A stretch of 64,000 bases of DNA, taken from contig LSRY02000023.1 of assembly GCA_001643675.2 (NCBI GenBank), positions 620,001 to 684,000 on the forward strand, in the 5' to 3' direction. Under the pieces are notes generated by a model. That model was not told the origin of the DNA. It did not search any database and saw nothing but the letters and a program-made list of their open reading frames with translations. This document shows positions 25,983 through 38,539 of the stretch, in pieces (the first letter of the stretch is position 1; each line of letters begins with the position of its first letter). The position numbers and the translations under genes were made by a program. Source of the DNA: Monocercomonoides exilis PA203. Its lineage: Eukaryota > Protista > Preaxostyla.

Positions 25983-27850
25983 CAAATTATCAAAAAGTCC
26001 ATTTGATCGTTCATTTGAGCGATTTTGCAAAAACACTTTGTTCCATTTCATCCTTCATTTGCCATCGCTTTCCAATATGCATCGAAGAACTTCGAATTCA
26101 CACGTGAGACTACTCCATCGTTGCACTCCAACAGTCTTAGCTCCCCAGTTGATTCATCTATTCCATCAACGACAACTGCAATAAAATGTCCAATAGGCAA
26201 AGGCTTCATAGAATGAAGGATATAACCAATGAAGGAAAACTCTGTTTGAGGAAAGTTGAACGAATCATATGTCTGTTGTTTCGCTGAGCCAGGTTTCACC
26301 ACCATTGATTTCGGAGTCGACCCATTTCCACAGAATGTTGTTGTTTTTGGTGGAGGAACAACTGGAATGTTATCTTGTAAGCTGTGATAAACGGACAGGA
26401 TCTTCGGAAATCTATCTATTTGAGTCCACTGAAAAAACATAGTACTCATCCCACAGTATGAGTCAACACATAGTTCTTGATCAGTAATCTGCTCCATCAC
26501 TCTCAACGATTGATTCAACACTTCAACAACAGATGGATGATGAATAACAACATGAAACGAAGGGAACTGGTTGTTGACGCGAACATGGCAACACCTCCCA
26601 CAGAGTTTGAATGAAGACTGCTTCACAATGAAATCTTTTTTGATATTGCATCCATCAGTTGCTGCACTGTTCAAAACAGAATTGAACGCTGTTGTAATTC
26701 CCATTGGATCAGTAATGCTCCCACCATTTCTTTCGATGAATGATTTGAATGATTTTGTTCCCCAGATCTTTTTAGTGATGCTGTGTGAACGGATTGCGTT
26801 GAAAAGCCTTCCAAAAATTAATGCTCCTCCACGTTTCTTTTTGACATCACAAGTCACACCAAATGAAGCCAAACACTGACAAACTGATGCCAAAGCACAC
26901 AACGCTCCAAAATTGATAAGTTCGCTTCAACTTTCGCAAAACACCTGAACATATGAACGTGATTCTTTCGAAAAAGGGTTAGTCGGGAATAGCAAAGAAG
27001 GAGAAAATTGAAAGAAATTGCTCATCTGTGGAACTGTTAGAAGAATTGAATAAGGATTTCTTAATGCTTCCATTGAAGTCTGTTGCTTCTATACAACAAC
27101 AAAAAAAAAAAAAAAAAAATAAACAAATAATTATTGATTTGCCTGAAAAATGAATCAGGCAAATTTGAAAAAAAAATCTCTATTTCCATTTTCATTCCTC
27201 CTCTTTTTTCATCTGTGCATTTCATTTCTTTTCTTTTCATAAAATCTTCCTCACTCTCTGTCTCTTCCTCATCACTTTCTTCTTCTTCAGACATTTGATC
27301 AGCAGCCTCATCTTCGTCTGAAGAAATGACACTGCAACATGAAGATGAAGAGGGCTTCCGTAATGTTAAATTTGTCGATTTTTCTTTTTCATACTCCATC
27401 AAATTATCTCCAATGCATTTGATTCTGTAAGAAAAATCCTGCTCAAGTCCTTGTTGTGAAAACCATTCATTCAGGCACAGCAGCATTTTTTCTTGGACAT
27501 GCGGGTTCGATTCATTGAAAGGGAGCTTCATCTTCTGGACGATTTTGTGCAATGGTGCTTTTATTAAAAATGAATATTTAAAGACAAAAGAAAGATTACA
27601 AAAAAGAAATTTAATGTTAAATAAAACAAAAACAAAGAAACAAACATCCAAAATTTGTCATTCGATTATTCAGAAAAATATTTCCGTTGGAAGATTTACA
27701 AAAAAATTCGAAGAGGACTTTATTTGCATGATCAACTGACATTTGTCCAAAAAAGTTTGACAGTGAATCAACATCATTCATTATACTGCTTTTCCGCAAG
27801 CTTGAATGAATCCGAGAAGATCCAGAGGAAGACAACTTCTGAGAGGACAT
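25983..27850 (-). pseudogene. Divergent USP/C19-like cysteine peptidase pseudogene (paralog of 51920-56387)
   Basis: Cys box LINFGALCALASVCQCL, CxxC, FPKIL, and His box GYILHS...GHFIAVV...ECNDGVVS. In-frame TGA just before the Cys box and at 26048. The first exon and phase-1 intron mirror the 51920-56387 gene. Confidence 0.7.
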
Positions 27851-28534
27851 CGAAGGAATCAGTTTTATGGGTTAAATCAGCTTATGACTGAAATTTTTTT
27901 ATTAAAATATTTATTAATAATTTAAAAAAATATACTTTATTAAAAACTCACAAAATTTTAAAATTTGATAAAAAAATGTGATACATATAAAGAAAAAAAT
28001 AAATTAAATATTTAAAACACTTTAAAGAAAACAATGGTGATCACAAAATGACAGAATCCTCAGGGGTCTGTTTTTTGTTTAAAATGATTGTTTTCACCAT
28101 TTTAACTTCATCTATAGCCAAAAAACTGTATTCTTCCACCTGCAATTTTCGCCCTTTAACGCTTATTTTTTTGATCTTTTTGACCCCTTGGAAATTCGGA
28201 TCATGTGTCAGATATTTTTTTCATTGAAGAATGATATTATATGTTATTTATTATTCTTTTTAAATGCAAATATAATTTGTCAAAAGACATATTCATTAAT
28301 GCGACGAATTTTCAATAAACCTTCAATTGAAGAAAATTTTAATTTTTCATATCTTTTTCTGAAAAGAAATATTCAAAAAATTTATTTACATATTCCAATC
28401 ACGTTAAAAAATTTTTTTAACAATTTTGAAAATAGCCAAATAAAGAAAAAATAACAATACATATTTTTTTAAATAAAAAATAAATATTTTAGAATAATTG
28501 TGATTTACCATAAGAAAACATTTATTTGAGAAAA

Positions 28535-31500
28535 ATGTCGTTTTCAATACACGAATCGACATTGAATTCTTGATTCAATGTTCTATGGAATGATATAAAA
28601 CGAATTGGTGGAGATGACGTGGATTCGTTGCTTGCCTATTTGTTTTCCACTTATAGGCAATCATCTTCAGTAATTAATGATTTACTGAAGTCTTTAAATG
28701 GTTTGATTTTTAATTTTTTTGAATTATGTTAGAAAATATTATTTTGACTCTCAATTATTTTTTTCATTTATATTTGTTTATTATTTATTTTTTTTTTGAA
28801 ACAGAATATCACATAAAGCTGCTGGAAGACATGTCTGTGGCGTACAACAACACTCCGTTGCACACTCAAACAACAATGCTTCAAGCCCTGTCCCGAAACA
28901 CAACATTATCCGATTTACAGGACTATGGATATGATGTGACAGAAGGAAAATTTATTTGCGCGAAACAAACATTAAAGAAAAACCAAGGATTTATCATCCC
29001 TCCTGAAAAACCTCATCTTCCGTCTTGCAAAAGTGGTTTGTGTTTATTTTATTTTATTTTTTTGAATAATTTTCTCTGTTTATTTAAGGCTTAAATGAAC
29101 AGGATTGGGAAAAGGGCAACAACTGGATGTTGGCCCATTCAACTGAAGCCTCAACTTCGCTTCAGTCAGCAAAGAAAAGACAGCGAGCTGAGCCGGACTA
29201 TGCGAGATTTATTGATAAAGCAGCGTGGGATGAAGAAATATTAACAGAAAACTCTTCTTCAAAGAAAAAGCAATCTTTTTCTTCTTCAACATCATCTCAA
29301 CAAAACAAAAAATCTGATACCATTTCAGAAAAAAATCCTTCATCAAAAAATTTTTCTCCGTCTCAAGCTGTTGATGCTCCAATCAGTACTCCAATTAGGA
29401 GAGAAAGGGGCTCAAGAAAAAATCAAAATCAAACATCAAATTACAAACGTTATTCTTCTCCATCTCACATACCAATTCACAAAATATTCAAATCAAAAAC
29501 TTCTTCTTCACAAATTTCAATTACAAAAAAATTGAAAGAAAAAATAAATTCTTCATCATTTTAAAATTATAATGTGTTTGTGAGTGAGCAATTGGGTGAT
29601 TCTTTTTGAAGTCACAAATGTTAAATTTTCAAATACTTCAAAAATTTCATATTTTGCTAATTATTTTGTTAACAAATATCAAACTTCACTTAAAAGGAAT
29701 CTATCAGTTGATAATTTTATTTCAAACATTCTTGACGAGATTCGTTAGAAGAAACAGAAATTTGAGCAAAATATGAAATTTTTGAAGTTTTAGATAATTA
29801 AACATTTGTGACTTTTCAAAAATAATCTACCAATTATTGGTAGATTATTTTTCTTCACCCACATTAATTCCACCTCAAGCATTTCATAATCTCTTTTCTT
29901 CATTTTCCAAAGAGAATAACACTTCAACACTTCAACAACAAAGCATTCAATCTTCAAATAATGAAATATATCAACAAAAAAATACTTCAAATAATATTTC
30001 TAAAAAGAATGCCAAAGAAAATTCAATAAAAAATCATTCTCATTCTCAATATTCTTCTGATTCATCAATTTTTTCTAACACAATATCGCAAATAACAAAA
30101 GGATTGCCAAACTTAGGCAACACATGCTATTTGACTTCTCTTCTTCAAATCTTTTCTTCTATGCAATTCAAAAACCATCTTTAATCAAAAAACAAACAGC
30201 TTTGAAAAACACATCTTTGCGTGTTTTAAGTGTTTGTCAACAACTGGATAAAGATGGAACTGCAGTGCGTTCATGGGTCCCATCTCTTATTGACAAATGT
30301 GAAAATTTCTGCAACTTTGGTTGCAGACAGCAGCAAAAAGTGGCTGAGGCAATATACAGTCTTCGCCAACTTCTTCGAAAAGATAAGTTAATAATCAAGG
30401 ATACCTTCAATCCTGTTTTAATAACTCATTTCAAATGCCAAAAATGTCAAAAAATATCAAACCGATTCGATGAAATTAGCAACAATGTGGTAATCAATTC
30501 TTCCCCGACTCATTATGGATTATCTTCTCTCTTTGCAACTGAAGTTTTGGAAGGAAAGAATTGTGTTTATTGCAATAAATGCAACGAAAAATGCTGTGCT
30601 GCTAGATGGGAAGAAATGGCTGCATTTCCAGAGGTGCTAGCCCTTTGTCATGAATGCGCTGATGCTGCTTGTTCTACTCCTTCAAGAACATAACTTATAG
30701 AAACAGATCATGTTAACCAGCACACTTTCTGCTAAGGTTTTTCTGCGGAAAGTATTCAACATCTCCAAAAGAACAATAATGAAATCATCATATATCATCT
30801 TGTTGGGCAAATACCATTTAAGCGTCTGGATCAAAGAAATGGACATGACATTGCTATCGTAAAAAGGAAGAGTGGACATGATATCAAATTGAAAGTTTGC
30901 AATGATGAAAGTGTTTCTGAATTCGATAGTGACAAATGGAGTTCTTCATGGAATGATCTTCACTCACAAGGTTTCACTCTTTCCCTTTCATTTTACAGAA
31001 AGAAAAAACAAAGCCAACATTTTCAACAATTCAGTTCGGTGGTTCCTCTTCTTCATCTTTTTCAGAAACATCAAATTTGCACACTTCAGATGACAGATCA
31101 TCATCATCAACAACAACAACTTCGTCATCATCATTTATCACACCACCACATGATACTTCTTCCACTCCACATCTTCATTCATCAACCACATCTTCATATG
31201 GATTGGAAGCACTAAAAGAAAGAAGAAAGAAAATAGACATGTTTTCTCCGAATGAATAGAGATTAATCTCCAAGCCCAAAACAAAATTGTGGAATGGGTT
31301 TTCAGAAGAAACAAATATCAAAGTTTCTCTTTCCAACTTACACAAACTCACCACCAACTTCTCCAAAGCAATAAGACGAACTGACCTTTGTGGAATGTTC
31401 GAGAAACTCAACTATCTGGAAAACAAACTCAAATCTTCACAAAACAAAAATGGACTTTCTTCTGCTGAGTTTCATACACTCAAACTTCTTCGACAACATC

Positions 31501-32498
31501 GTCTTGTTGCAGAAATACAACGAAAACGTTATCAATCAACTGTTGATAATCTGAAAGACGGAGAAGCAGTCTTCGTCTTCGACTTCAAAGAGAAATGGAA
31601 ACTCCCTATTAGAAAGAACCAACTTCAACAAGAATTCTTTAATTATCAACAGGTTTCTCAATTCACAATCATCTCTCTTCAAAAAATTAATAATCAACAA
31701 ATGAAACGAACATTCAACTTCTTCTCCGACTGCCTTTCAAATGATCACAGATTTGTTATTGAGTGTCTTGAATCTGTGATCAAAAGACACTTCTTCTCAG
31801 ACACTCACACTTTTAAGTTCTTCTGCGATTCGGGCCCACACAACCGAAATCGCTTCCTACTTCACTTCATCCTCTCAAAACAATCCAAACTTCTGAAAAA
31901 GAAAAATACTCAACTCAACTTCTTCGCTGAGCACCACGGAAAAAATATCTGCGATAGTGAATTCGGTGCGTTAGTGAATGCAATCGACAACAATCTTTCC
32001 ACTGAACACATCACTTCACTTCATGATTTGATCGATTTCTTTAAAAACAATATGAACACTTCGATATCAGCTTCTTCAACTTCACAATCGAACAACTTCT
32101 CAACATCCTCATCAAACTCTTCACCATCTTCAACATCTATCAATAACTTTGAGCATGAGAGGTCCTTTGAAGAATATGTACCATCTTAGCAAATTTCATG
32201 GCCATCTCTGTCAGTCCCTCACATGAATGATTACTTGTATTTTGAGCGCAAATGATCATTTGTCTGTGCTTCAGCTGTTGGATATCTTCCTCAACGCTCT
32301 CTGGTTGCCCTCGAATCTTCAACAATGAAAGAAAAAGTTCAACGAACAAGGAAGTTATTTCACTCTGATATCACATCATCTAACTCTTCTCTTCTTTCTC
32401 AATTTTCTCAAGATCTTCTTTCAAGGAGATTTGAGCTTCTTCTTGACTCTTCTTCTTTTAATGAATCTCAAAATTGTATTAATGGTGTCCCTTTTTAA
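28535..32498 (+). pseudogene. Sola-like DDD transposase with embedded USP/C19 deubiquitinase domain, copy 1 (decayed)
   Basis: Introns at 28701-28804 and 29036-29088. USP Cys box GLPNLGNTCYLTSLLQ (~30101), RQQQ box, two CxxC pairs, His box GHDIAIV...CNDESV (30841-30915) and FYRK. These are followed by RRTDLC, DFKEKW (31581), SDCLSND, CDSGPH (31827) and FFAEHHGKNICDSEFG (31953). Several stops/frameshifts and a MITE insertion. Confidence 0.8.
29594..29831. mobile_element. MITE family A1 inserted in the USP-transposase gene
   Basis: TIRs gggtgattctttttgaagtcacaaatg / catttgtgacttttcaaaaataatctacc with AATT on both sides. Absent at the homologous position of copy 2 (~63065). Confidence 0.85.
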
Positions 32499-34599
32499 GA
32501 AACTAGTTGTTGTATATGCTTAGCTGGCACTCTATCGGAAGGGTGCTGGACATGACTGTTCGTATTAGATATTGCAGCCTTTGGGCTGCTTTATCCGGAC
32601 CTGGATACTACGAACAGCCTCCCAGGTGCTCAATAGTTAGAATCCCATTGTTTTCTTTCTGTTTCTGTCCCCATAATGTCCCTATAATTAATTTTGTTAT
32701 TGTCCCGCTTATATTTGTATTTGTCGAGATTCATTAATAGATAGAGTTGTGAGGGAATTCATTGATCTTTGGGTAAGGTTTTGTGAAGGGAGAGCTGTTG
32801 AGTGTGTGAAGTGATGTTATATCGTTGTATCTGTCTTTTCACTTTGTTGGATTTGATCTTTTTGAGTCAAAGTTAGAGAAATATCAGAAAGGGGAGAGAG
32901 GATGGAAAATAGAGGGAAAGAAGACAAGTTTGTTTTTGAACATTTTATATAAGTGTTCTTTTTTGTTTGGAATTGTCTTTGATACCACGAATTTGTTGTT
33001 AAAGTACTGTTTCTTCTTATATTTTTTATTGTTCAAAATTGTTGACGTTTTGTTGACATTTGGTGATTGTTTTTATGATTATGTGATAGAATTATGTTTT
33101 TTTGAATGTTATTGAATCTGATTAAAAATATTCTGATTGTTTTCTATTTTTTTTTATGATTAACATCATGAAGTACTTTTTGTTTTTTAAATCATTTTGA
33201 TTGTTGAACAATATTTTTATTTAAAGTATTTTTTTTTTCATTTTACTGATATTTTAACCTTTTCTGTAAAAACTCAAATTAGAATATTCAAGTATTTTCT
33301 CATTGAAACAATTCTTATTTCTTCCATATTGCTATGTCATATATTGAAAACCAACACACACAAAAAAATTAATCATGCATTTTTTCTGACAAATCAACAA
33401 AAAATTTTTCACTTCAAAAAAGATCTCTATGATCAAAAAATAATTTTTCATCACTTGCGAATTTGCAGGAATCATTATTAACCTAATGAAACACTTCAAC
33501 ATTATATAGGCATTATCTTGCTATATCAAATAAGCATTTCTGCATATTCCTGATCGACAGAAAAAATGAAATTTGACATGGGATTTTGGTGAACAAAAAT
33601 GTTTGAAATTTTGTGTTGATACTTAATTTTCGGAATTTTTCTTAATTTGCCAAAGATTCTATTATACATTTTTGAATATTTCTTTAGCTTTTCTTTGTGG
33701 AGATTCTATGGCTCTTTCTCGACTGAAGTCATAGTTGAATTTTGTTGTTTCCCGTTTCTTATGGAGAGAAGCAAATTATTCTATGTTTGTCCTTCAAGGC
33801 ATTTTGTTTGTTTATTTATTTTTTAATTTTAATTTTATTTCCAAGTCTTTTATTTTCTTCTTCTTCTGCCTCATTGAATGTTGGTTTTCCAGCTGCATCT
33901 TTCCCGATTTCAAGTGATCAAACCAAGAATCCCTCTTCATCATCCTCTTCTTGTTCTGTTTCACTGCTGAGCATGCCAACGATCGCTCTTGGCAGAACAC
34001 TCAAAAGAAGCGGAGGATGAAAAGCGGTTACTGTCTTTAAGCGGATAATATTTTAAAAAGAAAATATAGGGTCAAGGATAGCTCCACCAGAATTTAAACG
34101 AGAAGTACTGGGGCTGAAAAGAAATCCTAACGGAAGCAGCGATAACAACAATAACAAATATTTTTTTATTTTCTGATGTTTGATTTTTTCAATTAGTTTT
34201 CAAAAACTTACAGAGATATGGTTCTGATAAAAGCTGAAGTTTTGTTTCTTTCATTTTTTTAATGCACTTCCCTTTTAGAGTTTTTTTCAATTTATCCAGT
34301 GAAAGTTAAAATCATTTTCCATAAAAAATATATGAGAATAAAATAGAATCTGATATAAAAAATTTGAAGGAATGGATAACTGAAACTCTTTTTGTTTTTT
34401 TTCAAAAAATTATTCATAATTAAAATATAATCAAAAGAAAAAAATTTGGTTTTCATTTGAAAACACTTTTACGACAAGATAAAAATAAGTTTTTTGAGTT
34501 TGATTTTTTTCCCCAAAGAAATAAATATTTTTTAGTCCTATGACATAAAACAAAAATTTTCATTATGTGAATTTTTGGAATTATAATTTAAAAATATCC

Positions 34600-35130
34600 A
34601 TTTCAAAAAAATGAAATTTATAAAGAAATTAAGGAGATTATCTTGAAAGAAACCCCAAAGACCTTCGGGTTTAACTTTTTTGATGTGTTTCTTCCTTGCT
34701 TTCAAATGTGGAATTGAGTCAAGAAGGCTGAGGTATTTCTCCTAGTGAATATAACTATTCATTAAAGAAAAACAAAACCCCAGCACCATCAGCTTTATCC
34801 AATAGTCATAAAGATGATCTTTCAATTAGAAGTTTTTTTTATTTTTGTAATCGTTTTATCAATTAAAAATATAATTTGATTAGATAATATTTAATTTATT
34901 TATTTTTCAGATGAAAAAGAGTTTCGAACATTAGAAAGCTGGCTTTTAAGCCATGGTTCTTGCAGCTGCGAAAACTCAAGAAGGAAAAAAACAAGTGTGA
35001 TAATTAAATAACTGTGAATAATTTTCAATGAAGAAAAGCCTTTAACATCAGTTTCAGGTGACACCATTGAAGTGGAACGAAAAGAAGATGCAAAGAAGCA
35101 ATCTCGTGATGCTGCTTGTTTCTTTTGAAA
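34600..35130 (+). pseudogene. Decayed N-terminal fragment related to the Sola-like transposase
   Basis: LSNVELSQEG*GISPSEYNYSLKK resembles TLSDLQDYGYDVTEGKFICAKQTLKK. After an intron-like segment, DEKEFRTLESWLLSHG resembles NEQDWEKGNNWMLAHS. Confidence 0.45.
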
Positions 35131-35605
35131 ATCAATGAAAATTAAAAGAACAAGAAAATTTTAAAAACGAAAAAATAAATTAAAATAAATTTTTTTGAAC
35201 AAAACTTCATGAAAAGAATAGTTCAAATTTGAAAAACGCTCATCAACAAAAATTTTTTACTGATATATTTATCGAACAGAAAAAAACAAAACAAGAATAT
35301 ATTATTGAATACAAACCTTGTCAATGAAAGGATTAAAATCAGATGTGCATTTTGTTATTTTAGAAAGATTTTAGAAGTTATTCCATCAACAGAAGAATTC
35401 ACAAAGATAGAAAAAAGCAATAACAATAAAAAAATCAAAGAATTTGAAAAGATTAATGATTATTTTCGAAGAATCCAACAACAAAGGGAGTTTTTCAAAT
35501 TATGGAAAAGAATATTTTGTTTTTGATTTAAAATTTATTGAAGAAAAGAAATAGAATTAAAGTGTTGTTCTTTTATTTCTTGAAAGAATCGAGAGACATC
35601 ATTTA

Positions 35606-36076
35606 TTGAGTGAGATTGAGAATTTTGATTATTTTAGGTTCTCTCAAAGCACAAAATGTGAAGAAAAGATTATTTATGAGAATTGTGAGGGTGCTGAAAA
35701 GAAGAAAGAAGTCGATGAATTGATGATTTCAAAAATGTGGATTCAAACATTGGACCGCTTCTTTTTGAAAGTCCAAAAGTTGAATGACGAATACGCAGGG
35801 CTAATTGAAGGAATTTCAAGACTTTACAGAAATACAAAGGAAGGGGATCTGTCAGCGTGCTTCAAATGTTTAACATTATTTAAAAAAATGGAAAAAACAG
35901 GAATCAACTTCATAGCTGCCTTGCATTCAAACGGAGTAATAAGTGAAATTACGGAAGAAATGAAACAATTCTCACTGGAAGATCGTTTCGAGTGGATATG
36001 TTCAAAAACATTCCACGATCTTTCAGTGAAACAAAAATCAAAGAATGATGGGGAGGTTGAAGAAACAAAGATATGA
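35606..36076 (+). CDS. Hypothetical protein exon (true start unclear)
   Basis: 156-codon ORF with a likely acceptor ttttag at ~35637. No recognisable motif. Confidence 0.35.
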   Translation: MSEIENFDYFRFSQSTKCEEKIIYENCEGAEKKKEVDELMISKMWIQTLDRFFLKVQKLNDEYAGLIEGISRLYRNTKEGDLSACFKCLTLFKKMEKTGINFIAALHSNGVISEITEEMKQFSLEDRFEWICSKTFHDLSVKQKSKNDGEVEETKI

Positions 36077-36479
36077 GTCATTGAAAAGAGTATTTTTGTT
36101 GAAACGTTTTAATAAAAAAGCTTAATAAATATTAAATGAATTATAATATGAAATGCATCATTATATTGATAGTTAAAAAATAAAACAAAAATTTTGTTTT
36201 ATATATTTTTGAATCAAATGTTTTTCAGGTTTGTTGGAAAAATGGAACAATAATCATTCTTAAGTTTCTATTCTGAATTGAACAGAATTTTAACAATTCT
36301 TAATTCCAAAATCAATGATTGAACTTTTGTTATCAAACAAAGTTAAATCGAAAAAGTTTATTGTTTCATGTATTTGTAAAGATAAGTATCTTTGCTGAAC
36401 ATTTTTGAATGATGCAAAAGGAATTTAACAAAAATTGGTTCGGTTTTGAAAGTATTTGATAAGGAATAAAAAATTTTAT

Positions 36480-37240
36480 GAAAGAAAATATAACTGTCAA
36501 ATTATAAGATTGAATTGATTTTCTTGAAAAAAAGAATTTCCAATAAAAATGTGAAACATAAAACCTTTTTGAAGGATTGAAAGAATTTCACATAAAGACA
36601 AATAAAAAACTTCAAAAACGATAAGAAAAGAAATGACTTTTGTGAGTTATGTGTGAGAGGAGATCCATTAATAAACAAAGAATAAGAATTGAAGAAAAAT
36701 ATGAAAGAATTAAGAGAGAAAGAAAAGGAAGAAATGCAGTTGATAAAGGAACACAAGAAAATGGCAACTGCACACAGAGTGTTTTTTTTATGATTTGAAA
36801 CATGAATTGAAAAGAAATGAAGTTATAGCACTGATGGATTTTCAGGAAAATTGGTCTCTTCCATTTTCTAATTTTGAAACTGGAAGTCATTATATTTCTT
36901 ATAAACAATAATCACATTATTGTTTTGTTGTTTTTTAATGTTGATAATGTTGGAGTTTTAAAAAAATGTTGTTTTAGTTTTTTTTCTGAAATATTATCTC
37001 ACGATTATCGTTTTGTTTGAGAATGAATTTGTAAATTATTAAAATTTGATATTTTATATATTTTTGATTTTTTTCATTTTTTTTGCGACAATGGTCCGTA
37101 TTTTAAAAATCCTTTTATTTTGCATATTATATTTATACTAAAAACTATTTTATCAAAAAACAAACACTGTTCACAGTTGTTTTTTTGACGAACGCAATGG
37201 CAAAAACGAACGTGATGGTGGATTTGGATCATTGTTTGTT
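36480..37240 (+). pseudogene. Decayed Sola-like transposase catalytic domain
   Basis: KRNDFCELC, MDFQENWSLP (~36834), FFSEILSHDYRFV, FCDNGPYFKN (~37088) and FFDERNGKNERDGGFG (~37200): the same motif order as 31287-32189. Confidence 0.75.
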
Positions 37241-37399
37241 ATTTCAAATTATCTTTTGATTCTCACCTTTCAATGATTTCTGTAACGATAACAATTATTG
37301 AATCAAGTGGTTTTAATTCAAATAAAAAAATTGAGTTATTGTATTATAGATAACACTTTCAATTTCGAAACAGAAAGCAAAAGAATAAGATAAAAAGTC

Positions 37400-37830
37400 A
37401 TTTCATTGATTGGAAAAAGAATTATTGAAAAGAGGAAGAAAGAATTATTCAATGTAATGAAAGAAGAAACAGATATTAAAATGTTTCATTCAACATTTTG
37501 CAGGAAAACAAGATATTTCAAAAAATGAAAGAAAAGGACAGATTTGTGTGAGATTTGTGAGAGAGAAAATCAGAAATAAAGAAAAAAAAAGTGAAGGAAA
37601 GAATATGATAAAAACTCGAAACAAAAAGACAATGAATTGAACGTTGATATTCATCATTAAAAAATGGACCAACATTAAAGAAATTGTTCTTTCGAAAAAG
37701 AAGAAAAATATGAAAAAGATGAGTCGATTATTTTCATGGACTTTGAAATAAATGAATGTTATCCAATATTCAATAATGAAACCGGAAAACTTTATTAAAT
37801 AAAAAACAATATTCTAATCATTGAAGGCGA
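37400..37830 (+). pseudogene. Second decayed Sola-like transposase fragment
   Basis: KEETDIKMFHSTF...KRTDLCEICE (~37540) and IIFMDFEIN (~37736). Confidence 0.6.
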
Positions 37831-38275
37831 TATTTTTTTTTATGTTCAATATTTTTTTGAAAAGTTCCTTTTGTTTTATTTTCAAATAAAACAAAAAATT
37901 CATATTTCGATCAAATATCGATTCTCACTCACAAAACTTCACTAAAATGGAAATAATATCATTATCAAGATTTTGTTTCTTTTTTTTGAAATTTCGTGTT
38001 TGAGAACATAAATTTGATTGAAAAATTAAATTTATATTTTATATGAAAATTATACAAAATGAACTTTTCAAAAAAATTATTTTAATAAAAAAATTTTTTT
38101 GTATTTTATTGAAAAATGGTGATTATTTTTGAATTCAAATTTTTTCAGTTAAAAATTTCGATTTGAGAATTTACTTTGAATTTTGACTATACCTCTGTGT
38201 CCTGACAAATCACATAAAGCCTCGTCTGTCACAAAAAAGAAAGAAAAAAAAAAAAGAAAAGAAAAAACAAAATTT

Positions 38276-38531
38276 GGGTGATTATTTTTGAAATCACATT
38301 TTTTCTTTCATAATTTTCGGTTCAAAAATTTATCTTGAATATTTTCATATGAACATTGAAAAGTGAAAAGGCTTATTCAAATCATTTTTATCTTTTGTTT
38401 TATAATAACATTTGAATATGAAAACAATTATCATGCTTCTTCTCTTTTGTGTTAAAAACTTCTTTCAAAAAACAAACAATCTTTGAAAATCAATACCCCG
38501 AAAAAAGATATAATTTCAATAATAATCACAC
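38276..38531. mobile_element. MITE family A2 (~257 bp)
   Basis: gggtgattatttttgaaat ... atttcaataataatcacac. Internal similarity to 47016-47272 and 47941-48197. Flanks ATTT/ATGT. Confidence 0.75.
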
Positions 38532-38539
38532 ATGTTACA

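Noticed and set aside
28535-32498. Alternative genetic code to explain in-frame stops
   Set aside because: All three stop types and frameshifts occur, copy 2 has sense codons at these sites, and long host ORFs are open in the standard code and end in TAA/TAG/TGA.
32570-32605. Minus-strand CAGGTCCGGATAAAGCAGCC resembles SRP RNA helix 8
   Set aside because: The stem around the tetraloop and the flanking pairs cannot form, so it is not called SRP RNA.
28139-33469. Possible TIRs for USP-transposase copy 1 (cctgcaattttcgc vs gcgaatttgcagg)
   Set aside because: Short and imperfect, no TSD, and not shared with the copy 2 upstream region; element boundaries are left undefined.
33810-34150. Short acidic coding-like fragment on the minus strand
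   Set aside because: Multiple stops and no recognisable homology.
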